Shown: in pieces, positions 1 to 8,948 of the stretch
Numbering within the stretch: position 1 is the first letter of the stretch
Layout: each line of letters starts with the position of its first letter
Assembly (NCBI GenBank): GCA_964496825.1
Contig: CAZCBO010000003.1
Span: 1 to 41,435 of the forward strand
Reading direction: 5' to 3'
Length of the DNA: 41,435 nucleotides
Source: an uncultured Acidimicrobiaceae bacterium
GTDB taxonomy: Bacteria; Actinomycetota; Acidimicrobiia; Spongiisociales; UBA5794
Made by a program: the position numbers and the translations under genes
Notes under the pieces: model-generated
The model's database searches: none
What the model was told of the DNA's origin: nothing
The model's input: the letters and a program-made list of their open reading frames with translations, nothing else

Positions 1-75
1 GCCACCACCGACCGCCGGGAGAACGTCGCCGTCCACCGGCGGCTCCACGACGCGGTACGCAACGCCCTGCGGTGA
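1..75 (+). CDS. menD: 3' end of a gene, probably MenD (SEPHCHC synthase); partial
   Basis: Frame 1 reads ATTDRRENVAVHRRLHDAVRNALR* (TGA 73-75). This resembles actinobacterial MenD C-termini, and an isochorismate synthase lies nearby. Only 24 codons are visible. Confidence 0.5.
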   Translation, partial: ATTDRRENVAVHRRLHDAVRNALR

Positions 76-85
76 CGACGGGGCG

Positions 86-1390
86 CTAGCGCAGCGGATC
101 CGCTTCGTCGGTCCGCTCGAAGACCCGCTTCGCCTTGCCCAACTCGCTGCGCGGCACACTGCCGGGTGGCCCGACCCGGACATCGACCCTGATCCGGACC
201 GTCTCCTGGAGCCGCTCGACGAGGCGGTCGGCGATCGACTCCGCGTCGGCGAGCATCGACGCGTCGGCGAGCTCGACGCGTGCCTCGATCTCGGCGAGCG
301 GGCCCCGCCGATCCACCACCAGGGCGTAGTTGGGGCCGAGGGCGGGATCGCTCATCAGCACCGCCTCGATGGTGCGGGGATAGACGTTGATGCCGCGGAC
401 GATCAGCATGTCGTCGGCGCGCCCCTCGAGGCGGGCGATGCGCCGGCTGGTCCGGCTGCAGGGACACTCGGCGCCGAGCATCCTCGTGATGTCCCTGGTG
501 CGATAGCGGATGACCGGCTGGGCGACCTTGGTCAGCGTGGTCAGCACCAACTCGCCGGGCTCGCCGTCGGGAACCGGGTCACCGGTTTCGGGATCGACGA
601 TCTCCGGGTAGAAGTGATCCTCGAACACGTGCATCCCGCCCTTGTTCTCGCGGCACTCCACCGCCACACCGGGCCCGATGATCTCCGACAGGCCGTAGAT
701 GTCGCAGGCGTCGTAGCCATCGCCCCAGGCGCGCTCGAGCTTGTCCCTCAGTCCCTCGGACCAGGGTTCGGCGCCGTGGATGCCCCATCGCAACCCGATG
801 TCGCCGATGAGGCCATGCGTCTCGGCGGTTTCGGCGAGGACGAGCGCAAACGACGGCGTGCAGGCGAGGCCGGTTGCCCCTGCGTCTGCCATCAGACCGA
901 CCTGGAAGCCGGGGTTTCCACCCGAGGCCGGGACGGCGGTCGCCCCGAGCGCCTCGGCGCCGTAGTGCAGGCCGAGTCCTCCGGTGAACAGGCCGTATCC
1001 GTAGGCGATGTGGACAACGTCGCCGCTGGTGGCACCAACCGCCGCCAGCGCCCTGGCGTTGACCTCGGCGAAGAGTCCGATGTCCTCGGAGCTGTAGGCG
1101 ACGATCGTGGGCTTTCCCGATGTGCCGGAGGAGGCGTGGATGCGGACGACGTCGTCGAGGGGAACGGTGAGCATCCCGTACGGATAGGCCGAGCGGAATT
1201 CCTCCTTGTCGGTGAACGGGAGCGCGCCGAGATCGGCGATCGAGGCGATGGCTCCCACATCGGCGAGCTTGGCCTTCCAATAAGGAGCGTCGACCGCCCG
1301 CAGCCGCTCGACCAGCTCCGTCAGACGGTGCGACTGGAGATCGGCGAGGGCGTCGCGATCCAGGGTCTCGACGGCTTCCTGGTAGATCAC
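86..1390 (-). CDS. paaK: Phenylacetate-CoA ligase family protein (AMP-forming)
   Basis: Motifs RIHASSGTSGKP, YGYGLFTGGLGLHYGAE, DIYGLSEIIGPGV, RYRTRD and GRADDMLIVRGINVYP. The GTG start at 1390 overlaps the upstream TGA (GTGA). The listed extension to 1567 is spurious. Confidence 0.9.
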   Translation of the reverse strand: MIYQEAVETLDRDALADLQSHRLTELVERLRAVDAPYWKAKLADVGAIASIADLGALPFTDKEEFRSAYPYGMLTVPLDDVVRIHASSGTSGKPTIVAYSSEDIGLFAEVNARALAAVGATSGDVVHIAYGYGLFTGGLGLHYGAEALGATAVPASGGNPGFQVGLMADAGATGLACTPSFALVLAETAETHGLIGDIGLRWGIHGAEPWSEGLRDKLERAWGDGYDACDIYGLSEIIGPGVAVECRENKGGMHVFEDHFYPEIVDPETGDPVPDGEPGELVLTTLTKVAQPVIRYRTRDITRMLGAECPCSRTSRRIARLEGRADDMLIVRGINVYPRTIEAVLMSDPALGPNYALVVDRRGPLAEIEARVELADASMLADAESIADRLVERLQETVRIRVDVRVGPPGSVPRSELGKAKRVFERTDEADPLR

Positions 1391-2706
1391 GTTGCCGCCA
1401 GCAGCTCGAGCAGCGGGCGAAGCTTGAGACGGGTCTCGAGCAGCTCGGCATCGGGATCGGAGTCGGCGACGATCCCCGCTCCCGCAAAGAGGTGGGCCTC
1501 GGCGCCTTCGATGAGCCCGCAGCGCAGGGCGATGGCAAACTCCCCTTCGCCCGCCCCGTCGGTCCACCCGATCCCGCCGGCGTACCAGCCGCGATCGAAT
1601 CCCTCTACCTTGTCGATGAACGCCGCGGCACCTTCCCTCGGCGTGCCACCCACCGCCGGGGTGGGATGGAGGGCATCGGCGAGTTCGAGCACGTGGACCG
1701 GGCGGGCCAGCGAACCGTGGACTGGAGTGGAGAGATGCTGCACGGTCGCCATTCGCTTCAGCGACGGGGCGTCGGGGACCACGAGATCACGGACGTACGG
1801 TCGGAGTCGACCCACGACGTCGTCGACGACCAGGCGATGCTCGATCCGGTCCTTCTGTGAGTGCATCAGCCCCTCGGCCAGGGCGCGATCGTCCTCCTCG
1901 CCCTCGCCCCGTGGGGCCGATCCCGCCAGCGGATTGCTGGAGACGTCGCCGTCCACGGACCGCACCAGCAACTCGGGGCTGGCACCGAGGAACGTTGCCC
2001 TCCCCGAGCGCCATCCGAAGCCGAAGCACCGCGGGTAGGTCGCCTCGAGGTGATGGAGCAGATCGAAGCCGTCGGGTGCGGTGTCGGAGCGCACGATCAC
2101 CGACCGCGACAGCACCACCTTGCCGAGATCGTTGCGGCGAATGGTCTCGACGGCCTCGGCGACCGCGCTGCGCCAGTCGGCGACCGAAGGGACGGACTCG
2201 AGGCTGTGATCGCCGAGATCCGGGTACGGCGGGTCACCCGGCAGGCGCATCCGGCGCAACGGCGCAACCACGCGATCGATGTCGAGCCCTGGAGGAACCG
2301 CGACGGCAAGCACGGTCCGACCGGCGCTCCTGATCAGGCTCGTGAGCGGCAGCACGGCATCGGCACCGGAGAACCCCGACCATGCGGCGGTACGCGGTCC
2401 GTCCGCCGCGAACGAGAAGCCCACCATCGCCCGGAAGGCGCCGGGGAGACCCAACTCGCCGATCGCCGCTCGCAGGGCATGGAGTCGGCCGGGGCCGGAG
2501 GCCGATGCGTGCCAGGCGGTGCCGAGGCCGCCGATGGCATCACCGTCGGGGGTCGAGAAGAAGAAGGCGCGACCGAAGAGATCGGCTCCACCCCGAACAA
2601 AGCCCAGGGGGTCCCCCTCGATCGCCTCCACCGCGAACCGCAACGTCATCGGATCGGATGCTCGCAGGGACGCGTCGATGCGATCGATCGTCGATGCCGG
2701 AATCAT
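1387..2706 (-). CDS. menF: Isochorismate synthase (chorismate-binding MST family)
   Basis: Motifs KVVLSR, FLGASPELL, PLAGSAPR, KDRIEH, LHPTPAVGG, RGWYAGGIGW and FAGAGIVADS. A TAGCAT -10 lies 7 nt before the ATG. Confidence 0.88.
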   Translation of the reverse strand: MIPASTIDRIDASLRASDPMTLRFAVEAIEGDPLGFVRGGADLFGRAFFFSTPDGDAIGGLGTAWHASASGPGRLHALRAAIGELGLPGAFRAMVGFSFAADGPRTAAWSGFSGADAVLPLTSLIRSAGRTVLAVAVPPGLDIDRVVAPLRRMRLPGDPPYPDLGDHSLESVPSVADWRSAVAEAVETIRRNDLGKVVLSRSVIVRSDTAPDGFDLLHHLEATYPRCFGFGWRSGRATFLGASPELLVRSVDGDVSSNPLAGSAPRGEGEEDDRALAEGLMHSQKDRIEHRLVVDDVVGRLRPYVRDLVVPDAPSLKRMATVQHLSTPVHGSLARPVHVLELADALHPTPAVGGTPREGAAAFIDKVEGFDRGWYAGGIGWTDGAGEGEFAIALRCGLIEGAEAHLFAGAGIVADSDPDAELLETRLKLRPLLELLAAT

Positions 2707-2753
2707 CGCGGCGATGCTACCCGCCGGGACGGGGTCGGCTGCCGGCGGCGTCC

Positions 2754-3350
2754 TCAGGCGTCGGACCAGGTGAGTTTGCTCTCCACCCCGAGGACACCGT
2801 CGAGACGATTGGTCAGCTCCTCGAGCATGCTGGCCTCGTTGCGGGTGTCGACCTCACCGCTCAGCGTGACCACTCCGTTGACGACCCCGATCTGGATGCG
2901 ATCCGGATCGATGTACAGCACGCGACGGATCAGATCCTCTCTGATCTCGTCCTCGATCACATCGTCCGGACGGGTGAAGATCGAGACGATGTCGGCTCGG
3001 GAGATGATGCCGAGCAGCCGGTTCTCCTCGTCGACGACCGGCAGCCGCTTCACCTCCTGAACGGCCATGATCTTGGCCGCTTCGTGGATCTCGATCTCCG
3101 GCCCCACCGTCACCACGCCGCGCGACATGACATCGCCGACGGTCTCGCCGGGAGCGCGCCTTCCGTCCTGCTGCTCGACCTCGAGCCGAAGGAAGTCCGC
3201 CTCGGTGATGATCCCGATCAAGGACCCGTCGTCCCCGGTGATGGGGAGGCCACTGACCCGGTTGCGGAACATCAGGCGTGCCGCTTCGCGCAATCCGGTA
3301 TCGGCCGACACCGCTACGACATCGGTGGTCATGAGGTCGACGACGTTCAC
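2754..3350 (-). CDS. Tandem CBS-domain plus BON-domain protein
   Basis: Two CBS repeats (VSGLPI..GIITEADFL; VKRLPVVD..GIISRADIV) followed by a BON-like segment (IQIGVVNGVVTLSGEV...VLGVESKL). GAGGAGG/AGGAG SD upstream. Confidence 0.85.
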   Translation of the reverse strand: MNVVDLMTTDVVAVSADTGLREAARLMFRNRVSGLPITGDDGSLIGIITEADFLRLEVEQQDGRRAPGETVGDVMSRGVVTVGPEIEIHEAAKIMAVQEVKRLPVVDEENRLLGIISRADIVSIFTRPDDVIEDEIREDLIRRVLYIDPDRIQIGVVNGVVTLSGEVDTRNEASMLEELTNRLDGVLGVESKLTWSDA

Positions 3351-3396
3351 AGGCTCCTGTCCTCCTCGCTGCTCATTCTGGCAGCTCGCAGCCGGC

Positions 3397-6165
3397 TCAC
3401 AGTGACGATGGGAGCGAATCCCTGCTCGGGTCGAACCGGCCGGACACGGGCCGCACCCTGATCCGAGCGTCGACCACCGTGAGTCCCCCGCCGGGTGGAC
3501 CCACCTTCACCGGGTTCATGTCCATCTCGACGATCTCGGGGATGTCCTCGACCAGCGCCGACACCCGGAGCAGCGCATCCTCCACGGCGGCGATGTCGCC
3601 CGGCTCGGCCCCGCGATACCCCTCGAGCAGGGGTGCCGACTTCACGGCACGGACCATCTCGGCCGCATCGACATCGGTCAGCGGATGGATACGGAAGGCG
3701 ACGTCCTCGATCAGCTCGACGAACACCCCGCCGAGGCCGAAGACGATGAGCGGACCGAAGTTCGGGTCCTCGACCATGCCGATCAACACCTCGTGGTCGC
3801 CGGCCACGTACTGCTGAACCAGCGCCCCTTCGGCATCCGGCACCACGGCGGTCACCCGTCGGTAGGCGATGCCGACCTGGTCGGCACCCTCGACACCGAC
3901 GACGACGCCGCCGACGTCGGTCTTGTGCACCGTCGTCGGCGAGATGACTTTGAGGACGACGGGGCCTTCGATGGCCGCGGCGATCGCCACCGCCTCCTCT
4001 TCGCTGGCGGCGACGCCGGAGATCGGCATCGCCAACCCGTACGCACCGAGGACCTCGGCCACCGCATCGGGGTCCAGCCAGGTCGCCTCGTCGTCGCTCC
4101 CGGACAGGGATGCGGTGACAACCCGGCGCGCCCGGTCGGGATCGAGGTCGGTGTAGTCGGGAATCTCGCCCTCGGGCCGTTGCAGCCACTCTCCGTACTC
4201 GGCGGCGGCATGGAGGGCGCGGGCCGCACGTTCGGGGAACGCAAACGTCGGGACGGTGGACTGCCCTCCGGAGAGCACGTCGGGGGCGCCCGCTGAGTGC
4301 ATGTACACGGTGAGGTACGTGGTTTCGCCATGGTGGGCCTCTCCCGCCGCCCGCAGCGCCGCAGCTACCTCGGTCGCCCCCTCGGGCGAAGGAGGGATGT
4401 AGATGGCGATCACCGCATCGAGCTCATCCGAGCCGAGCAGCGCGTCCAGGACGGCCCGATACTCGTCCGGGCCGGCGGCAGCGATCATGTCCACGGGGTT
4501 CGCCACGGCGGCCTCGGCGGCGAGCAGGCCGCGCAGCACCTCCTGCAGGGGCGCGGACAGCTCGGGGACCTCGAGACCGCGCGACACGAGGGCGTCGACG
4601 GCGAGCACCGCAGGACCCCCGGCGTTGGTCACGATGCCGACCCGGCGGCCCCCGGGGATCGGCTGATTGGCCAGCAGGCCGGTCACGTCGAAGAGACCGT
4701 CGAGCGTGTCCATCCTGATCACCCCGGTCTGGTGGAACAGGGCGTCGACGGCGACATCCAGGCTCGCCAACGATCCGGTGTGGCTGCTGGCCGCCCTGGC
4801 ACCGGTCAGCGTGCGGCCCGACTTGACGGCCACGATCGGCTTCCGATGGGCGATCCGCCTGGCGACCCTGGCGAAGCGCCGCGGGTTCCCGAACGACTCC
4901 ATGTAGAGCAAGATGACGTCGGTGGCCGGATCATCCTCCCAGTAGAGGAGCAGATCGTCTCCGGAGATGTCGGCGAGGTTCCCCACCGATACGAAGCCGG
5001 CGATGCCGATGTTGAGCTTGGCGGCGTAATCGAGGATGGCGAGGCCGAGGGCGCCGGACTGGCTCGACATGGAGACGTTCCCCCGCGGCGGGACCACGGG
5101 TCCGAACTGACCGTCGAGGCGCACCGCCGGGTCGGTGTTCACCAGCCCCATGCAGTTGGGGCCCACCATCCGCATCCCGGCGGAGCGAACGACCTGGAGC
5201 AGCTCTTCCTCCCGGATCGCACCCTCCTCACCGGTCTCCGAGAAGCCAGCCGATATCACCACCAGCCCCCGCACACCTTTCTCGGCACACTGGCGCACGA
5301 CCTCGACGACCAGCGGTGCGGGCACTACGACGAAGGCGAGGTCGACCGGTCCGGGGACATCGAGGATCGTCGGATAGGCGGCGACCGACCGCACCACCGG
5401 CGTCGTGGGGTTGACCGGATACGCCGGGCCGGTGAAGTCGCCGGCCAGGATGTTGGCGAAGAGCCGGCCGCCGATGGACTCGGCGTCGCGGCTCGCCCCG
5501 ATGACGGCGACCGAGCTCGGAGCCATCACCGGCATCAGCGATGCGGCGGTCGCCCGCTTCTCGCGCTCGGCGACGATCTCGGCCGTGGTCTCCGACTCCT
5601 CCGTCGGGAACTCGAGGGTGAACACACCATCCTCGAGATCACGCTCGATCCGATACCCGGCGTTGCGGAACACCCGCAGCATCACGTGGTTGTCGGCGAG
5701 GACGTGCGCGACGAAGGCACCGATGCCGTGGAGCCTGGCGTACTCGGTCAACCGGTAGAGCAGCAGCGAGCCGATGCCGCGCTGCTGGTAGTCGTCGGCA
5801 ACGGCGAAGGCGGCCTCGGCCGCATTCGGGTTGCCCTCGTCGACGTCGTACCGCCCGACCCCCACGAGGAGCCCATCGAGCACGGCCACGAACGCCATGC
5901 GCTTGTCGTAGTCGAGCCGGGTGTAGTGGTCGAGCTCCTCGGGGAGCAGCTCGTTCTTGACCCTGAAGAAGCGGTGGTAGGAGGTCTCGTGGGACATGCC
6001 GCGGACCATCGCTTGGAGCGCGTCGCGGTCCGCCGGTGCGATCGGACGGATGCGAATGGTCCCGCCGTCGCGCAGCACCGCATCCTGCTCCCACTCGGCG
6101 GGGTAGTTCGGCGGCCGCTGGTCGACGGTGAGCGCCGCGCGAGCGGTTTGATCGATGTCGGTCAT
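3397..6165 (-). CDS. N-terminal GNAT fused to NDP-forming acyl-CoA synthetase (Pat-type protein lysine acetyltransferase / acetate-CoA ligase family)
   Basis: GNAT part (IRPI..D, EAAFAVADDYQQRGIGS, VLADNHVML), CoA-binding region (SVAVIGAS, GPNCMG), SHTGSLA, and ATP-grasp HKTDVGGV...EMDMNPV. Confidence 0.9.
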   Translation of the reverse strand: MTDIDQTARAALTVDQRPPNYPAEWEQDAVLRDGGTIRIRPIAPADRDALQAMVRGMSHETSYHRFFRVKNELLPEELDHYTRLDYDKRMAFVAVLDGLLVGVGRYDVDEGNPNAAEAAFAVADDYQQRGIGSLLLYRLTEYARLHGIGAFVAHVLADNHVMLRVFRNAGYRIERDLEDGVFTLEFPTEESETTAEIVAEREKRATAASLMPVMAPSSVAVIGASRDAESIGGRLFANILAGDFTGPAYPVNPTTPVVRSVAAYPTILDVPGPVDLAFVVVPAPLVVEVVRQCAEKGVRGLVVISAGFSETGEEGAIREEELLQVVRSAGMRMVGPNCMGLVNTDPAVRLDGQFGPVVPPRGNVSMSSQSGALGLAILDYAAKLNIGIAGFVSVGNLADISGDDLLLYWEDDPATDVILLYMESFGNPRRFARVARRIAHRKPIVAVKSGRTLTGARAASSHTGSLASLDVAVDALFHQTGVIRMDTLDGLFDVTGLLANQPIPGGRRVGIVTNAGGPAVLAVDALVSRGLEVPELSAPLQEVLRGLLAAEAAVANPVDMIAAAGPDEYRAVLDALLGSDELDAVIAIYIPPSPEGATEVAAALRAAGEAHHGETTYLTVYMHSAGAPDVLSGGQSTVPTFAFPERAARALHAAAEYGEWLQRPEGEIPDYTDLDPDRARRVVTASLSGSDDEATWLDPDAVAEVLGAYGLAMPISGVAASEEEAVAIAAAIEGPVVLKVISPTTVHKTDVGGVVVGVEGADQVGIAYRRVTAVVPDAEGALVQQYVAGDHEVLIGMVEDPNFGPLIVFGLGGVFVELIEDVAFRIHPLTDVDAAEMVRAVKSAPLLEGYRGAEPGDIAAVEDALLRVSALVEDIPEIVEMDMNPVKVGPPGGGLTVVDARIRVRPVSGRFDPSRDSLPSSL

Positions 6166-6207
6166 AGCGGGATTCTCCCACGACGGAAATCCTCGATAAT
6201 TCCCGGC

Positions 6208-6987
6208 ATGGAATCCGACGTCTCCTATCTCGGCCTGGCGCTTGCCGGTGCACTGATCATTCTCGCCTCGGGCATATCGTTGTGGCGGGGACTGGGGCTC
6301 GAGGGGAAGATCCTCTGGGCATCGCTGCGCGCCCTCGTTCAGCTGCTCGCCGTCGGCGTCGTCCTTGCCTTCCTCCTTGCCCCGGGGCGCAGCCTGTGGT
6401 GGTCCTTGGCGTGGATCCTCCTGATGATTCCGTTCGCCGCCGACGTCGTCGTGCGGCGCTCACCCGAGGTCCCGCGGATCCGCTGGCTGGCGATGGCCGC
6501 CTTTGGCCTCACCACCCTGTCGGTGCTCGGTCTCGTCTTCGCGCTCGGCGTGTTCCCGCTCGAGGCACGGACGTTGGTACCGCTCGCCGGGATGATGATC
6601 GGCAACTCGATGACCGCCACGGTGCTCGTCGGCAACCGCATCATCGCCGAGTTCAAGGAGCAGCGCCCGCTCATCGAGGTTCGGCTCTCCCTGGGCTTCG
6701 ATGCGCCCGAGGCCTTCCGGCCCTACCTTCGGGAGGCGCTGCGCACGGCGCTCACCCCGCAGATCGAGACCACCAAAGCCGTCGGCATCGTGTTCCTGCC
6801 CGGTGCGATGACCGGACTCATCCTGGCGGGCGTGTCGGCGTTCGATGCGGTGCGGGTACAGATCGTCGTCATGTACATGGTGCTCGCCTCGGTTGCGGTC
6901 GCCACCGCGACGGTGGCCGTCGGCTTGAGCCGCACCCTCTTCACCGCCGACCAGCGTGCAATCCACCTGCCGGGAGAACGCGGATGA
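6208..6987 (+). CDS. UPF0014 / FetB(YbbM)-like ABC permease
   Basis: Motifs RALVQLLAVG, VPLAGMMIGNSM and KAVGIVFLPGAMTGLILAG. The ATG at 6208 lies 7 nt after GATAAT. The 896-aa ORF listed here is mostly antisense shadow. Confidence 0.85.
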   Translation: MESDVSYLGLALAGALIILASGISLWRGLGLEGKILWASLRALVQLLAVGVVLAFLLAPGRSLWWSLAWILLMIPFAADVVVRRSPEVPRIRWLAMAAFGLTTLSVLGLVFALGVFPLEARTLVPLAGMMIGNSMTATVLVGNRIIAEFKEQRPLIEVRLSLGFDAPEAFRPYLREALRTALTPQIETTKAVGIVFLPGAMTGLILAGVSAFDAVRVQIVVMYMVLASVAVATATVAVGLSRTLFTADQRAIHLPGERG

Positions 6988-7601
6988 GGCGGGCCGGCCC
7001 CCTCCTCGTCGCGCTCGCCGTCGTCGCGAGTGCGTGCTCGGGATCGGCGGCGACCACCACCACCACGGTCCCCGACACCGATGCCGGCGAGGCGGAGCCG
7101 ACGACGGTCGTCCCCACCAGCCAGCCCGTCGTCTCCGTCGACGCCACCTTCGCCCTCGATACGCTGGTCTTCGGCGACGAGGGCTGGATCGAGGTCGTCA
7201 ACACCGGCCCCCAGACGGGGAACGTGCATGGCCTCTGGATCGCCGTCCACCCGTACTATCTGGAGCTCCCTTCGGCCGTGGTCGAGGTGGGATCGACGGT
7301 CAGGGTCGGCCTCGACCCCGCCGTCGACGCACTGGTTCACACCTCGGGGCTGCTGCCGGTGCTGACGGCAGCGGACGGCGAGGTCGCCCTGTACCGGAAC
7401 GGCAGCTTCGGCGATCCGACGGCCATCGTCGACTACGTCGAGTGGGGCAGCGGCGGACACTTCCGGTCGACGGTCGCCGAGGCCGCCGGACTGTGGGGCG
7501 AGGCACAGGTCGTTCCGATGCAGGGCGACGAGGGAGGGCTGCGCGTGGCCGGAGGACCGCTCCGCCTCGATGCCGATCTCAACCCGATCTCAGAGGGGTG
7601 A
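6984..7601 (+). CDS. Lipoprotein with Thr-rich linker and lamin-tail-like beta domain
   Basis: ATGA overlap with the permease stop. Signal peptide and lipobox VASAC-SG, a TTTTT linker, and WIEVVNTG...GEVALY...IVDYVEWG resembling a lamin tail domain. Confidence 0.65.
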   Translation: MRRAGPLLVALAVVASACSGSAATTTTTVPDTDAGEAEPTTVVPTSQPVVSVDATFALDTLVFGDEGWIEVVNTGPQTGNVHGLWIAVHPYYLELPSAVVEVGSTVRVGLDPAVDALVHTSGLLPVLTAADGEVALYRNGSFGDPTAIVDYVEWGSGGHFRSTVAEAAGLWGEAQVVPMQGDEGGLRVAGGPLRLDADLNPISEG

Positions 7602-8948
7602 GATAGCCACCTCCTCGCTCCCGTCCGCCGGTACCGGCTCGGATCGTCCGAACACGACCTCGATCCGCGCCCCTCCACCTGGAGCGGTGCCGAGGATCGT
7701 GCTCCCTCCGGTCCGCTCGGCGGTTCTGACAACGATGTCCAGCCCCAGGCCCGTTGAGCCCGAGCCGCTGTGGCCGCGTCGCAGCGGAGCGGTGCCGGCG
7801 AATCCCGTGCCCTCGTCGTCGACGACCAGCCGGGTGAGCCCCTGAGCAGAGCTGGCGACCCGGATCGTGTAGCCGACACCCTCTGCGGTATGGGTGAAGA
7901 CGTTGCCGATCAGAGAGTCGACGAGGGCGCCGAGTTCCACCGCCGAGACGGGGACGTGATGGTCGCCGGGCTCGATCACCACCGACGTCGCCCGTCCCTG
8001 CTCATCGGCAAGCACCTGCCAGAACCCGGCACGATGCTCCACGACCGCAGCGAGGTTCGCTGCAGACATCCGCTCCTCGCCTCGCTGCGGGCTGCGCGCC
8101 TCCTCGATCATCATGTCGACGGCCGCCTCGAGCCGATCGATGTCGTCGATCAGGGAAATGAGGTCGGCGCCGTTGCCCGCCGTCTCCACCTGGAGGCGAA
8201 GTGCCGTCAAGGGAGTCCGCAGCCGGTGGGACAGGTCGGCCACCGACTCCCGCTCGGCCTCGAGCAGCTCGGTGAGGCGGCGGGCGAGGAAGTTGAACGC
8301 TTCCGCCACCTCGGCGATCTCCTCAGGGCCCGCCGGTTCGACCCTGGTCTCGAGGTCGCCCTCCCCCATCCGGCGCGCCGCCGCTGAGAGCTCGGCAACC
8401 GGTTCGACGATTGCACGGCCGAGACGGTCGGCTGCCACCAGCGCGATGCCGATGAGGACCAACCCGAGGCCGACCAGCATGCCCCAGGCGAGCGCCACCC
8501 CTTCGGACATCTCCTCACTCGACACAAACGTGCGCACGACCACGGTCCCGCCGCCCTCCGGCAGGTCCGCGGTGACGACGGGGACGAGCACCTCTGCTCC
8601 ACCCTCGATCGCCGCCGTCAGCGCCGCCCCCGACATCGCCTGGGACAGGTTCGGCGACTCGACTTGGGGGCCGCCGATCACGGTTCCGTCGCTGAATATC
8701 ACCGTCGTATCCGGAGGGTTGTCGAAGGCGTCGAGCACCGACCGCGCCAGCGTCATCGTGATCGCCTGGGTGCCGCCGAGCGAGCTGCTGACCCCGAGCC
8801 CGGTCGCCACGGACTGTGAGAAGCGTTCGGCTCGGGTCAGGGCGCGATTCTGAGCCTGGTTCTGGACGAGGATTCCGAGCGGAACGAGAAAGGCGATCAC
8901 AACGATCGACGAGATGGCGAGGGCGAGCAGGGCCAGGCGCTTCCTCAC
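7590..8948 (-). CDS. HAMP-domain sensor histidine kinase
   Basis: Two TM segments, HAMP (GPEEIAEVAEAFN), H-box DLSHRLRTPLTAL, N box LIGNVFTH, and G boxes DDEGTG and GTGLGL-like STGLGL. The GTG at 8948 overlaps the regulator stop. Confidence 0.92.
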   Translation of the reverse strand: MRKRLALLALAISSIVVIAFLVPLGILVQNQAQNRALTRAERFSQSVATGLGVSSSLGGTQAITMTLARSVLDAFDNPPDTTVIFSDGTVIGGPQVESPNLSQAMSGAALTAAIEGGAEVLVPVVTADLPEGGGTVVVRTFVSSEEMSEGVALAWGMLVGLGLVLIGIALVAADRLGRAIVEPVAELSAAARRMGEGDLETRVEPAGPEEIAEVAEAFNFLARRLTELLEAERESVADLSHRLRTPLTALRLQVETAGNGADLISLIDDIDRLEAAVDMMIEEARSPQRGEERMSAANLAAVVEHRAGFWQVLADEQGRATSVVIEPGDHHVPVSAVELGALVDSLIGNVFTHTAEGVGYTIRVASSAQGLTRLVVDDEGTGFAGTAPLRRGHSGSGSTGLGLDIVVRTAERTGGSTILGTAPGGGARIEVVFGRSEPVPADGSEEVAISPL

